Assembly (NCBI GenBank): GCA_051362555.1
Contig: CM120648.1
Span: 5,452,587-5,516,586 of the forward strand
Direction: 5' to 3'
Source of the DNA: Lingula anatina
Taxonomy: Eukaryota; Animalia; Brachiopoda
DNA: 64,000 bases
Positions 24,201-58,572 of the stretch are shown here, piece by piece (positions within the stretch are counted from its first letter, which is position 1; each line of letters begins with the position of its first letter). The notes under the pieces are model-generated. The model ran no database searches. It saw nothing but the letters and a program-made list of their open reading frames with translations, and was not told where the DNA came from. A program made the translations under genes and the position numbers.

Positions 24201-27200
24201 TGATTAGTTGCCGGTAGCTCATATAACTTTCCCCGGCGTTCCTCTCTTCAGACCTGTGCGAAATGGACACTTTCACCTCTACTGTAAATTCCCTTATATC
24301 CAAGTGCTTTAGTTTTTATTGCTCCTCTTTTGGGGATTTGATATTAATTCAACTTTTTTTTTCTGTTGAATTGTCTGCATAAGCTGATATTCCAATCACG
24401 GTTTCTTTCCCAAAGTTCTATTTCCGTGTTGTACAACAATCATTTTATTTAGAACAAGATGTAAACTAAAAGTTCGCTGTAATGGAAAAGTTTGCAGCAT
24501 TTCTCATATTTCATTAATCTTCCAACACTTGTTGAAACAGGGAAAGAAACCATTTTGCCAACTTCACCGAACTTATTGGGAGTTTTCCACAAACTTTCCC
24601 GTTGAGAAGGTAGGTCCGCAATACAGATGTTAATGGTTTGGTGCAATATGTAGTCACATGTAGTGAACATTTCAGCTGTCTGTCAATGACATCTGCAAAT
24701 GTCCGGCAAATATCTTGGTTAATGAAAGGAGAGTCCATCTCGGTTCTGGGAAGAAACCGGTTCCAGACATCTTGATGGCCCTACCCGTATGTACTAATAG
24801 TGATTGTTTCATCCTAGTATGTTAAACGCTTTAACTTTTGATAGAACCAAGGAGTCTGTTGTAACTCCCTGATAGAACCACCCTGAAGCTGAAGCGTTCT
24901 AGGAACGACTCCTCTATAACCTAGACGATGGTTTAAGGTAGACCCGTAGTCGGGAAGATGGAGGGGGGGGGGGGCGAAGGAACGGGGACATCCTTATATT
25001 CTGAAGGTTTATTGTTTGCAGGGTTCAATATTTCGAAGACTGTTCCGCAAAAGACCCTCGGAATATAGGTATACACCCAAAGGAACTGCCATTTGGTCTC
25101 AAAAGATCATCTCTAGCTAGATCAATTAAAGGGGTAGGCCTAAAAAGATCCGCCTCTTTAGAAAAAGACCCCCTCCAACCCACTAAAACTGCACGTCTGG
25201 TATAACCGTCATGGTGGAGAATTTAGCAATTATCTGACTTCCTCCAGGAAATGTTTCATTTATTTGAATAAGAAAGAGTCGTTGGTTTTCTTATCTGACA
25301 TTCAAGGTGACTTCATCCAGAATGTATTTTTTTTTTAATTTTGGGGACAGGAATGATAGCCTGTTATCCTCAGTGCCGAATGCAGCCTGTTGCCAAAAGT
25401 AAGAGTTAGTCGCGGTAAGTTCACAGAATTAACAACCCGACAGAACTTGTGTTGAAGTGCTCGGAAATGGTTTTATAGACAAACATGTGAAAGCACTTTG
25501 GCGTGTTGTCTTGGTATTTTCTGAAGTTAAAAGCATTGATATGCAGCAGCTTACGCGTAGGATATCGCTGTCAGAACATAGGCAGAGCTAGTATTTAAAA
25601 ACGGGTGGCCGTGGTTATATTTGTAAACGACTTAAAGTGCATTTCAATTAAATTTAGCTGCGTACAGTGTGTCAATTGACACTATATGCGTTCATTTTAA
25701 GTAAGAGGAATACACATCTTCAAAATATTTGAAAAATAATATCAGTAAGCCGGTTCGGGTGACACAAATATCACAGGATTCATCTCACCAACATATTGTT
25801 AAAGGAGGCTCAGACAGGCGCGCTTCATAGACCTTAAAAATACTTATTTGTTACGAGTTTCGAGCATTTATTCCCCATGCCAAAATTACCCGACTGACAT
25901 CGAACGGTACACGTCAACGTTGATCGTGTTGAGTTTCTTAAATGTGTTAGGTGTGCTTTGAGAGCAGAGGATGAGGAGAGATGATGCTCCCCTACGCCAA
26001 CACAACAGTACTCTCTACGGGAGAGCGCTCTAACTGTTCTGGCAGTTACAAAAAGGGCAGCGATTTTGTAACTGTCAGAAGACCTAGAAAGTGGTTAAGA
26101 GTTACACAAAAGATGATTGGTATAACTGTTAATATACACTGACCGGGATACATTTAGTGTACACCGATTACCCCCCCCCCTCCCCCCCCCCCCCCAAGTA
26201 TGTTTATTCAACACTGTATAAGATACTCAAGTTTCTTTACATGAATTTTAGAATATCCTAAGAGACAGAGTGGCACACACTGTGCAACACTTCTGACGAA
26301 AGAGAGCAAAATGCATCAGTTTTGTGACATTTTGATTTATTTTTCAATTTCTTATACGGCTTTTCTGTCATTTTCCCACCTGGTTAGAGAAACCTACCTG
26401 ACCTGATTTTCACAAATAGGTAATAACGATTAATTTATGGTAAAAATCACTGAAATAAGTTTTGAGTGACAAAAATATCCAAACACGAAATAAAAACACA
26501 TATCAGTCCTCGCCTCGTGTCTTTTTAAAACAAATAATTGACGCTCTCCGGTCTGATAAAACAAATTAATCAGTTATTCGGTCCAAACCACTGTAAAACA
26601 CAAATCCCATATGCCCCAAGTATTAGGGTTAGCTTTTAAGTCTGCTAAATGAATCAAGCGGGCAGCAAGTGCTTCCTCCTTCACTAATAAATGGCCAGAT
26701 TATACTTTAAAAATACATGTAGCACTAAACGAGTGGTCGCCAGATGTTTCAAAGGAGGGTTCTTTTTTTCGGAACTTTTTATTTATTTTTATTTCTTGCT
26801 CCCTAAAATGGACCAATTAGAGAAACAGCATAGAAGCTTGAACAGATTTTGATTTAGAAGGATCCTTACACCGAACCTCCAGTGTCTACGGGCGGGACTA
26901 TGTATCGTTATATATACAGCTGTATATATTCTTAACAGCCATGCAATCAGTATCTACACTTTGTCTCTTCCTCTCTCCATTGTGAAGTCTGACCATGCCT
27001 CCGATAGAGCAAAGGGCTTTATTTTGGTCCCTCCCGAGTAAACCAACAATGTTGTGCTTGCTTTCTCCACTCCATGTATTTTCATCCTACTTTTTTCTCT
27101 CTCATTTCAAATGAATTTCACCCCCAAAATATTGTCATTTACGTCTGTGTTAACACTGTAAGCAAAGGAACATGAGTATAGAAAAACAATGACACCCATA

Positions 27201-28130
27201 CTGACAATTGTTCCAGGGCACGTTTAATGAAAATGAATACCCGGCCCGCGTGCAATCAAGTTCCATATGTATTATGCAATCTATTTGGCGTATACGAATA
27301 CAATGGTCGTTTATGAAGACCCTTTTTTCCACGAAACCAGAAGAAAAGCAATTTATATTCCGTGACAATGTCTTAAATAAGCAGCGCCATTAATTGACTT
27401 TATAGTAATTTACCAGGTTAACGTTGTGTTTAAGAAAATGGCTTCCAAGAGAAAAGTGTAATTTTGCAAGCAATTATCAGAAAAGATGTCAATATGGTGA
27501 GATAATGTAGATATTATGGATCTTCTTTTTACCAACACAGAAGAACAATTAGGTAATTTGTAAGTGAAGTCCTCTGGAAAATGCTTTGGGTAGGAATCAA
27601 TTTAATAAGGCCGATATATATACATCCATTGCCATATAGTGAAACCACATACGGTGCACACTAACATACCTTTACATTATTTAAGTTATATAAAAGCATG
27701 CATTCCACACGGATTTTTAATCCACTGCCGAAACCCTGTAATAGGGAAAAAAAACATTCGTTCAGATTGAAAACATGCTGTGTTTAACACTCGGACTAAT
27801 ACCATATCGATCTGATATCTCCATAATTACGCTGCACCACTGAATTAAAATAAAGGACATTTTGGCGCCAGCAGTACGCCCGAGGGAATATTGAATTAAT
27901 ACCATTATAGGTAATTGTGACTGCTACAAAGACGTGACCTTGAAATGTGACCTTGAGATGAGCGTGATGCCAAATGTATTTAAAGAATCAGCTATAGATC
28001 CGGTCTTAGCGAGCTATCATCGTGTAAGCCAACTGTATTTTCATCAGATATGGTAGGCATCCTACATTGTAGATACATGTAGATCGCTTTACATGTACGT
28101 TCCCGATGACCTGACGGGCTAGCAGCGCTG

Positions 28131-28231
28131 CCCTAACGAAAAAGTCTTATAGGATCCTATAGGAAATTGGGTCAATTTCGTATAGAATCCTGTAGGATCT
28201 TAAAGGATTCTATAGGAGTTTTTCGTAATGG
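28131..28231. mobile_element. about 100-bp palindromic MITE
   Basis: CCCTAACGAAAAAGTCTTATAG ... CTATAGGAGTTTTTCGTAATGG imperfect terminal inverted repeats with internal TAGGATCCTATAG-type repeats. Confidence 0.55.
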
Positions 28232-30016
28232 TGGCAATGTCATCAAATTTCATTTTTATTTATTGTTGCGACAACTAAGACCATAGGGTGTTTTTATTTG
28301 TTTGTTTGTGTAGGTCAAACGTCATTCCCAAACAAAAATAAATAGAAATAAATAGATAAATAAATTACCAAAAAAAAAAAAAAAAAGACTATCGTCATAC
28401 ACGAACACACGCACATTACTCATGTGACAGTGCGTTTTGGTGTTTCTGCTGTAAGATGCTTGTTGCAAAAGTCGCTAATATGATGTTTTCTGTATTCATA
28501 TACAGCCGTCCAAAGCCGATTACTAAGATTATCGAAAATCTCCTACTAGTACATGTACCCCGTTAGGAATTTTCAGTTACTATGAATTTCAAATCGCGTA
28601 CAGTCTAACCTACCAGATTCTGAAATTTCAGGCTCAGAAAATGTCATATAATTCATTTACATAAGAAATTATGTCGTCGTTACGTGCAATATTGTGTTGA
28701 CTTTGCAGTCAAATTGTTCATCATCTCACTGAATGTTCAGACGTAGGGTACACAAACCGTGCGGTCATCACATGCAAGTGTAATGACGTTGTCATAACGA
28801 ACAAGATGCACCAAACTACATACATTAAACCAGAGCGTTAATTTACCTCGGAGGAAGACAGAAGTACAAGTCACTAGAGTACCACTCTTTCAGCGCTGAT
28901 TTTGGTTCACAGATACCTAAGAAGAACGCCTGCAGCACCATAAATGCAAATGGATACTTCAGTCTGCGTTTTTATTATTTTTCGTCACGTTTGTCACAGT
29001 CACAACTCTTCATTCCAGAGAATAATTATTGAGCAAATCTAGTGTGCAATTCACCTCTAAGGTAATTCGACATAGAGACCCCCCTCCTCCCGGACAGCAT
29101 CGTTTTATTGGAACACGGTATGAATAACGTGGTTCCTGATACACGGCCGATGTTGTGAACCTTCCAATGTAAACGAACATCAATTCTATCTCTCCTTTAA
29201 GGCATACACACGCCTCAATTGACGTGAGAGACACCAGGTACAAGCCGTACGCGGTCAAATTCACCCCATCCCGGAATTTACCTGATATAATTTTCCGCTG
29301 CGGTAAAGAATATCTCATTCCTCGTTTGCCCCTAGAGCGGGATGATGAGTGGAGAAGGTGATTAAGCGTTATATATCATACTTTCCGCCGCTAGTAGACG
29401 GAGGGTGAGAAAACCGATTTATCCCGATTAATCGCACTTTAGTCTGTATGGTAAATCACCAGTGCAACATACATTTACAAGAAGTCTTTGTCAACGTTGA
29501 AACAACAACAGAGTATCTCCAGAGGCTTTAAAAACCAGAACAGAATGGAAAAGAAGGCTTCCGGGGATATAATTACCTGAATTTCACTAGTGATGAGTTC
29601 GTTTACACTGGTAATCGCCTTGCCTAGAAACTCGTTACAGTATCTAGGGTCTGTACCAAGGAGAAGTATGTACTAGAGACCGGAATTACCAAACATATTA
29701 TTTGAGAAGAAAAACAACGCCAAGCCAATTAAATAAAAGATGAGCTGTAACCGGAAGTTTCACGCCTAGCACTAGTTGGAGTACATGTGACATGCAAAAA
29801 ATTTGTCAAATTAGAAAAATTCATGAAAACCCGCTCGTAAACAACTTTAAAAAATTCCGACCGACTTGCTCACCAGCCGGCAGGGACTCTTTAAGTCGGG
29901 CCTTGAGGATAGCAGACAGGGTAGGAAGTTTTAAGACGTGTGAGAAATCTGACGAATTTTGCTCGGAGAGATTGCCAACAACGTTCTGCCTTGACCCTTG
30001 ATATTCAGCAAAAGCC

Positions 30017-30171
30017 ATGTTGTTTTACCCCTATACTCTGCGTCAAATGAGGGAGGGTGACGATGAATCGGAAAACGAAGAAGAGGATAAAAAACACCGT
30101 CACAGGAACAACGACGGTAAATCTGGGGGCAGAAGACATCAGAAGAAGAACCCAGAAAAAAAGACTCCGAG
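30017..30171 (+). CDS. PLAC8-like gene, N-terminal extension exon (acidic then basic)
   Basis: MLFYPYTLRQMREGDDESENEEEDKKHRHRNNDGKSGGRRHQKKNPEKKTPR; AG|GTATGG phase 2, in frame with 32631. Confidence 0.7.
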
Positions 30172-30596
30172 GTATGGTCTTAAGGAACGCTTAGACGGGC
30201 ATTAATTAGGAAGTGTTCTGGTTCAAGATAAGGCCTCAGGTCGTGCAATTCATATACCAGTGCTTGATTTAACTAAGGAAGACCCCTATACGATTTTGCA
30301 AATATATATTCTGTTTGTAGCCCAGACGAAATTTTAGAAACCCAGCAATTGTGTTCCGTATGAGCGGTTTTCTTGATTCAGGGTTCCACTGGTATGGCAA
30401 CTTTGGGCAATTAAATATATTCTATTTTTATATTCATGCATTGGAGGCATTGCAATAACTGCAGCTCAGGCCCATAGCCAGCCATTTCAAAGGGGAGGTT
30501 CTTTTTCTGAAAAAGTGGACTTTTTTTACTGTGAAACCTTCATGGACACTTGTACGTAAATCAAATTTTTCCTGCAAAAAAAGGCGGTTGGATCCA

Positions 30597-30636
<40 letters not shown>

Positions 30637-33600
30637 ACCCGGACTACGGGCCAGCTGCTGGACTATGATGAAGCTAATTTGAGAGGGATTAGCAATGACA
30701 TGCGGCTTGACATTAAGTCTAGTGATGATTGCTTAAGTCATTTGTTTATCCGCTGGGGAAATCTAGAACCAGAACGAGTCTAAGGCAGAACATGTTTAAC
30801 TGGAACAGGTACCATTACCTGGCAATGGCAATGGCATTAACACTGCCTCGCGTTGCTAATGTACATTATGCTGGCATGGCCGATTTCAACAGTGGCCAAT
30901 ACTAATTTAATTGTGGAATAAAACACAAGAATAATTGGGGTATATCTCTCCAATGTTCTACCGTTCTGGCTTAATCATTTGATTTGGCTGATGATGTAGC
31001 TCTTTTCCAAAAACAATTATTTTGCCAGCGTGATACCAGGTAGCAATATATACAATGTACCTTTCCGTATAGGTTATGGCATTATCAGTTGTACACATTA
31101 AAGGTTGGAGCTATTTATTCAGGTTATATTTAGCGTTTTTCCTTAACGCATTGTAATGCTGTTCCATTTTGGAGAATTTAGCTCGTTTTCGACAATACTC
31201 TATTCACATTAGTAGAAAATTCTTGTTATAATATTACAAAACATACATAATAATGGGCCTATGTTTTCTGAGACCTACTGGTCAAGAGATCGTTGCTATA
31301 CTGTCCTTTCGTTTGAGAAACGAAATCATCAACTTTGTTCAGGCCTTAGTTTTTTAGCACAAATGACAAAATTACCGACTAGGGCCACGAATAAGGAAAC
31401 CCACCGTAAAATTAGTAGTCACAAGCACAGCGTAACGTAAACCCACTTATCTACTCGTTCGGTACGTTCAGTATGAACCGGAGATTGTATGCGTTTTATG
31501 CGGATATTGTGATAAGAACTGGTGGAGATACAAAGTTTTATATGTGATACCAATACTATATGGGCTCTAGACTTAAGTATGTACTTCAATTTAAGAAACC
31601 ATGTCCGGCAAATCAGTACAAAACTTATTACAATTGTCTGACCCGTGATCGCGTAAGACCCATTGTCATTGTATTTGAATCTATGTATTATAGCTTTTGT
31701 CATTGTATATATCTTAATCTTTTTTTTAAAACCTTTTGACAACGTATACAGGATAGTCTACGAGCACTTTTCACTACACCACTGCTCTGCGTATGCGAGT
31801 CAATATTGCGAGAAACTTGAACATTGATTTTATTTATCATGTCCATTTCCAATCTTTGTCAATGGCATATTAAATGCTTAGTATGCACATTCGAAGAAGT
31901 ATGGCGTGTAGATTGATGCCTTGTCTACGAATTCAATGAATGAATTAATCAAGTTGTCCGCTATGATCAACTTAACTACAGATTTTATTGCATTTGCATG
32001 GTGCAAATGGGCAATACAAAATTGGGAGCCGTACGATAATTGTTGTTGTTATTTTATTCATGAGAAAATATTATTTTTGTACTTTTAATGGGTTTATGTA
32101 TCTTTTCAGGTAGCTGGGTCAAATATATCACCTGTAGTGAAAGTTGTGTAACTAGATTTTTCATCTCGCTGATAATTTCTTTTTGGTGCCAAAATGAGCT
32201 ATTACGTATACTGATTTCTTCATTGAATTTCGAGGCAGGCAGCACACAGGGCGGCACTCATATGCCACATCTTGCAATGCTTTAAGCTTTATCCATAGGT
32301 CCCGGATGCCCAAGGTCATAAAAATCCCTGCTTATCGAAAGAACTTTGATTAGATAGATAAAATCTGATGGAGTGCAATTTAAGCTATATGTTTTAAGTC
32401 GATCATCTATCTGTAATGCTGCGTTGTATTAAATATCCCCTTAGATATTTTGAGCCAGAATATTTCATATTTATCTTTTTTTTTTAATTCCAGGACCCAA
32501 CACATCACCAAAATATCAACTGTTGTTTTATTCAAATATGTTTTAGGAAAATATCACTTAAAAAAACAATTTGCAGGAACTGAGTATTAAAACACAAAGT
32601 TAATAAAATAATAATTAATTTGAATTCCAGGATGCCCGTGACGCAGCAAATCACGAAGACAGTCAAAGTCACGTCGTCAGGGGGCGCTAGGACCGTGAAG
32701 ATGGACGGACTGAGGGACTGGTCCTCGGGAATCTTTGGCTGTTTCTCAGACGTAAAAAGTTGTAAGTATTGAAAAAATATTTTTCAATTATTATTTTTCA
32801 ATTTGTGTGACGTAGGGGAAGACAGGTAAGTGCGTCCTGATCCAGCGAAAATAACCCGAACGCGTTGAAGAGCCAATGTGCAGTACGAAATTCTATTTAA
32901 TTTGCCAAGTTTTTCGTCCACGTAATAGGGTCCTTATCGTTGTGATAAATCCGATGGAAACGGGCATGTTTCCAGGCATGGGCAAATATCTGAAATTGTG
33001 GTAGCAGTGACCGGAGGCATGATTGTGCTTCGACGCACCTACAGCAAACCATCACAACTGATAAGCTTGGAACGTTCGTTAAAATATATACGTTAAATCA
33101 TTTGATAACGAATTCGAGTCCCAAGGAGAACTCTTCCACGAGTCGCGTACCCAATTCATGTTGTCTAGTCAGGAATGCATCTTTCGTAATTTCGTCACCT
33201 TTAAATATAGATAATTTATTTTTATACAAAGTTCCTTTCCTGCTTCCAGATCTTTGTGTTTCTGCCTTCCGTTCAATACATGTTTTGTTAGACGTGTTTT
33301 AGAACAGGGATCCATTTCAGTGCACCATTCTAAATCTGTATGTGAATATCAATTTGTCTCAGTACAAATATCTGTCTAGTAGTTCTTTCAACATATGATA
33401 TAATGTCGTGTTTGCAGTAAAATTTCTTTCTGTTATCCCCCAGGTCTTTGTGGTCTGTTTTGTTTCCCGTGTTTGACGTGCCAGACGTCAACCAGGATGG
33501 GGGAGCACTGCTGTGTCCCTTTCATGGTCCCTGGGGGACTGATCACGCTCAGGACACGACTCAGATCCATGCTGGGCATAGAGGTAAGAGACAGTCGTAA

Positions 33601-34072
33601 ACCCGCCCCACCACCACCACCACCACCACCAATAAAAAATATTTTCAATACTTTTAACGACGAAAGCAGTTTATCTTTATTTCATTCCCTCTATTTAATG
33701 TAAAAACTGTTTCAGTGGTGCTTGAGTGAAAACATTATCCGAGATGCATTGATCATGCTTGCGCAAAATAGATAATAAGGCAGCATTCAGAACAGTGGAC
33801 TAACTAGTCCGCGGATCAAATATGGCGACCCACTGAAAGCTTGCCATCTAATCCACTAATAGACACTGAATAGATTCCCCGTGGGGTAAGTATTCAAGTG
33901 GGTCGGCCATATTTGACCTTCGGACTATTTAGTCCACTGTTCTAAATGCAGCCTAAGGAACCATCCTTTTTCTTTTCAGGGTACGATATGCGGCGACTGT
34001 TGCGCGACGGTGTGGTGCCCGTTGTGTGTCACGTGTCAGATGAAGCGAGAAATGGACAGCGCCGGCTGGTGA
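30017..34072 (+). CDS. PLAC8/cornifelin-family Cys-rich protein: join(30017-30171,32631-32761,33444-33583,33980-34072)
   Basis: Spliced product contains RDWSSGIFGCFSDVKSCLCGLFCFPCLTCQTSTRMGEHCCVP..GGLITLRTRLRSMLGIEGTICGDCCATVWCPLCVTCQMKREMD, the PLAC8 domain pattern; all junctions are GT-AG and in phase. Confidence 0.93.
30467..30654. mobile_element. short hAT-like MITE carrying (CA)n; related fragments near 3967-4036, 26736-26895 and 49212-49300
   Basis: Ends CAGGCCCATAGCC ... GGACTACGGGCCAG are imperfect inverted repeats; the internal TTTCAAAGG motif recurs near 3985 and 26750. Confidence 0.5.
32631..32761 (+). CDS. PLAC8-like exon 2
   Basis: MPVTQQITKTVKVTSSGGARTVKMDGLRDWSSGIFGCFSDVKS; ttccag| ... 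|gtaagt. Confidence 0.93.
33444..33583 (+). CDS. PLAC8-like exon 3
   Basis: CLCGLFCFPCLTCQTSTRMGEHCCVPFMVPGGLITLRTRLRSMLGIE; cccag| ... |gtaaga. Confidence 0.95.
33779..33953. mobile_element. PIF/Harbinger (Tourist-like) MITE, 175 bp
   Basis: About 55-bp TIRs GGCAGCATTCAGAACAGTGGACTAA.. / ..TTAGTCCACTGTTCTAAATGCAGCC flanked by a TAA target duplication (33776-33778, 33954-33956). Confidence 0.85.
33980..34072 (+). CDS. PLAC8-like last exon
   Basis: GTICGDCCATVWCPLCVTCQMKREMDSAGW*; ttttcag| acceptor. Confidence 0.95.
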   Translation, partial: GTICGDCCATVWCPLCVTCQMKREMDSAGW

Positions 34073-34300
34073 CGAAAATCTCGACGATGGTGGCACCTAG
34101 AGTGGATTCAGCGAAAGTGCAGCCATCTATCATCTGGACAAATTAACGTTTTTGCGTTGACAAATATTTACTACAGAGCAGTAACTGAAATATTTTTTAA
34201 TTTGAGGAGCGCTTTATATATTAGAGACCAATATTTGTGACATATGAATGTCTCGGGACTGAACTTTCACAATATTGAACTGATAGATTTTAAATATTAA

Positions 34301-34627
34301 AGGGATGACCGCTCTTCATTTAGGCAGATTTTCTCTAGGGTAAACGAAAATTTCTTGCACTTTCAATGGTTAATGAATCCGTTCAGACATTGAAAGTAAG
34401 CCGATTTTTTAAGCGTGGCTTTTGTAATAATCTCTTTAGAAAATTAAGAGATTATTGCGGGGAACAGAAAATGTATGAAGGCCCTCGTGGCGCGATGGCA
34501 AATACAGATCACCGCTGTTTTCGTAACCGCCGTTTTGGTGGTAAAATGGAATTTATTATATTTTCATGCGTTGTTGGCAATGCATTTATTGTAGAAATTT
34601 GAATTTTTTTGAAGAGCTGTTATCCCT
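34301..34627. mobile_element. TTAA-flanked MITE (Kolobok-like termini) just downstream of the PLAC8-like stop
   Basis: TTAA|AGGGATGACCGCTCTTCA ... TGAAGAGCTGTTATCCCT|TTAA. Confidence 0.8.
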
Positions 34628-36150
34628 TTAAAACATAACGTGAGTCACATACACAGGCGATTAGATACACTGTTGGTGTACCGCAGTGGATCTAATCGAC
34701 TGTTTTCAACTGGCAATTTCACCATTTCACATGTAAGAAAAAAAAATTAGGATATACGTCGGGGCATCAATGCAGAAAGGGCAATTTCTTTCCAACGGCA
34801 AATTGAATGAGATGTCGTTGCTTTGGTATGAAATATTGGCAGAATTTTCAGCTTGTCATATAGATGGCAGTAATTTCAGGTGCCTGCTCATGATGTCACG
34901 CGTTAGCCCGCTATAAATGTATTGTACGAGGCCTCAGTTTAAATTCAGTTTTCGTAGGAAGCACTTGCAAAATCGCTCATTCTATGAACAAGAATGCAGA
35001 GAAGACAAAGAGGTAATAATAAAGAATAAAAAGAGAACATCGCAAAAATATATCTAGAATTTGATGACAAGCAATCATATTCTTTATTCGGCGTCGCCGC
35101 TTGTTCACGGACATTACACGGAAGACGTAACTATTCTGTTGACATGCTTATCATTCAATATCTTATTACCTGCTGCAGAAATTCGCATGATTATCTAACC
35201 CTTTTATTTTATTATATTTATTAATATTTTTTTTTGCACTGCGGCCAGCTTCTTGTAAGCCTCGACATAAATTATTTGTGTGACTTTTCATGACGTGATA
35301 CTTACGCAAAACGTGCAAAAACGTACGCATACAGAGGATTAGAATTTTAAAATTTCTGATGACAAATGAACCAGTTTTACCACAATCGCGTCAACAATGT
35401 TTTTCTAATAGTAGTTTTTAAAACTCGATCGGCACAAGAACAGAAGTGCATTGCAAAACATTGTGGAATAGACTCATCCATCTTCTCTATACGCTCCCTA
35501 AAAAGGGGAATAATAAAGTTTATATATTTATTATTAAGCTCTTTCAAAGACTTTGTACCCATGCAGCAAGACATGACCAGACGTTGGTCACGTCTTTGGC
35601 TTTGTGGCCAACAATAAAGGAATATCAATAAAATCTTCTTATTGTTATGATTGAAAAAAATGCTGTCACACACACGCAAACACTGTTGTTTAAAATTATG
35701 TCATGGATATACGTTTAGTGAATGTTTAAAAAATTAAAAAGAAATTCGGAACGATGTTGTGTTTATTCTTTTTTTATTTGAATTACACAAACTGTGTCAA
35801 TATTTCGGAAGGTCCGAGAAGTGCTATGTCAATTACGTTGTATAAAGTGACACTAAAGAAAATGATACAAGTCTGACATTCGCGTATTCAACTGAAAAGA
35901 ATCTACATTTTCCTGGCCTGGCATGACATCTGACTCCTGGCCTGGTATGACATCTGGCGGTCAATTAGTCAGTCAACACAACTGTGACTGTAGTCTCAAA
36001 CTTGCAGGTGAATAGTAGGACCATATGTTTTACATTCATTTAAATTCTTGAATATTGTTATGATATTTTGAGTCAACCAAAATTGCAAATCGATCGAGGT
36101 GCGTGAATGAGCAATGCTTTGCACTGCTTTGGGGTTAGAGATTATAAAGC

Positions 36151-36192
36151 ACTTCCGGTTACATTACTTCCGCCATATACAAGAAAGCGGAA
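36151..36192 (+). promoter_or_regulatory. ETS-type sites upstream of the CCDC50-like start
   Basis: ACTTCCGGT 36151-36159, ACTTCCGCCAT 36166-36176 (ETS/YY1-like), GCGGAAA, about 100-140 bp upstream of ATG 36290. Confidence 0.5.
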
Positions 36193-36289
36193 AGCAACAC
36201 GTTTGAACAAAGCTGAGGACTGTTGCTACGATGTAGACGGAAAACATGTCCGTATTTCATCTTTAACTGTCGCTTTCGGAAACTACATA

Positions 36290-58279
<21,990 letters not shown>

Positions 58280-58440
58280 TCATGGTGATTGTAACTATGA
58301 GCACAGTTGCCATGACAACAGCAAAGAAACTGGGTTGGCAGAACTAACATATGGTTAACTTGCTTGAACAAAAGGCAACTTGAATGACCCTGTGATATCA
58401 CATGAAGCTAACACCCATGAATCCATAGCAACAATTTATT

Positions 58441-58572
58441 TAAATTTACCTGGATGGTAACAAAACAACATCTGCATTTGTCTGAATGGTAACCTAGTAA
58501 CAACTGAATTTGTCAGGGTTGTAACCTAGCAACATGTGAATTTACCTAAATGGTAACCTAGCAACAATTGAG
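58441..58572 (+). repeat. four-copy about 32-bp minisatellite with X-box-like core GTAACCTAGCAAC
   Basis: Units ..ATGGTAACAAAACAAC.., ..ATGGTAACCTAGTAAC.., ..TTGTAACCTAGCAAC.., ..ATGGTAACCTAGCAAC.. Confidence 0.7.
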
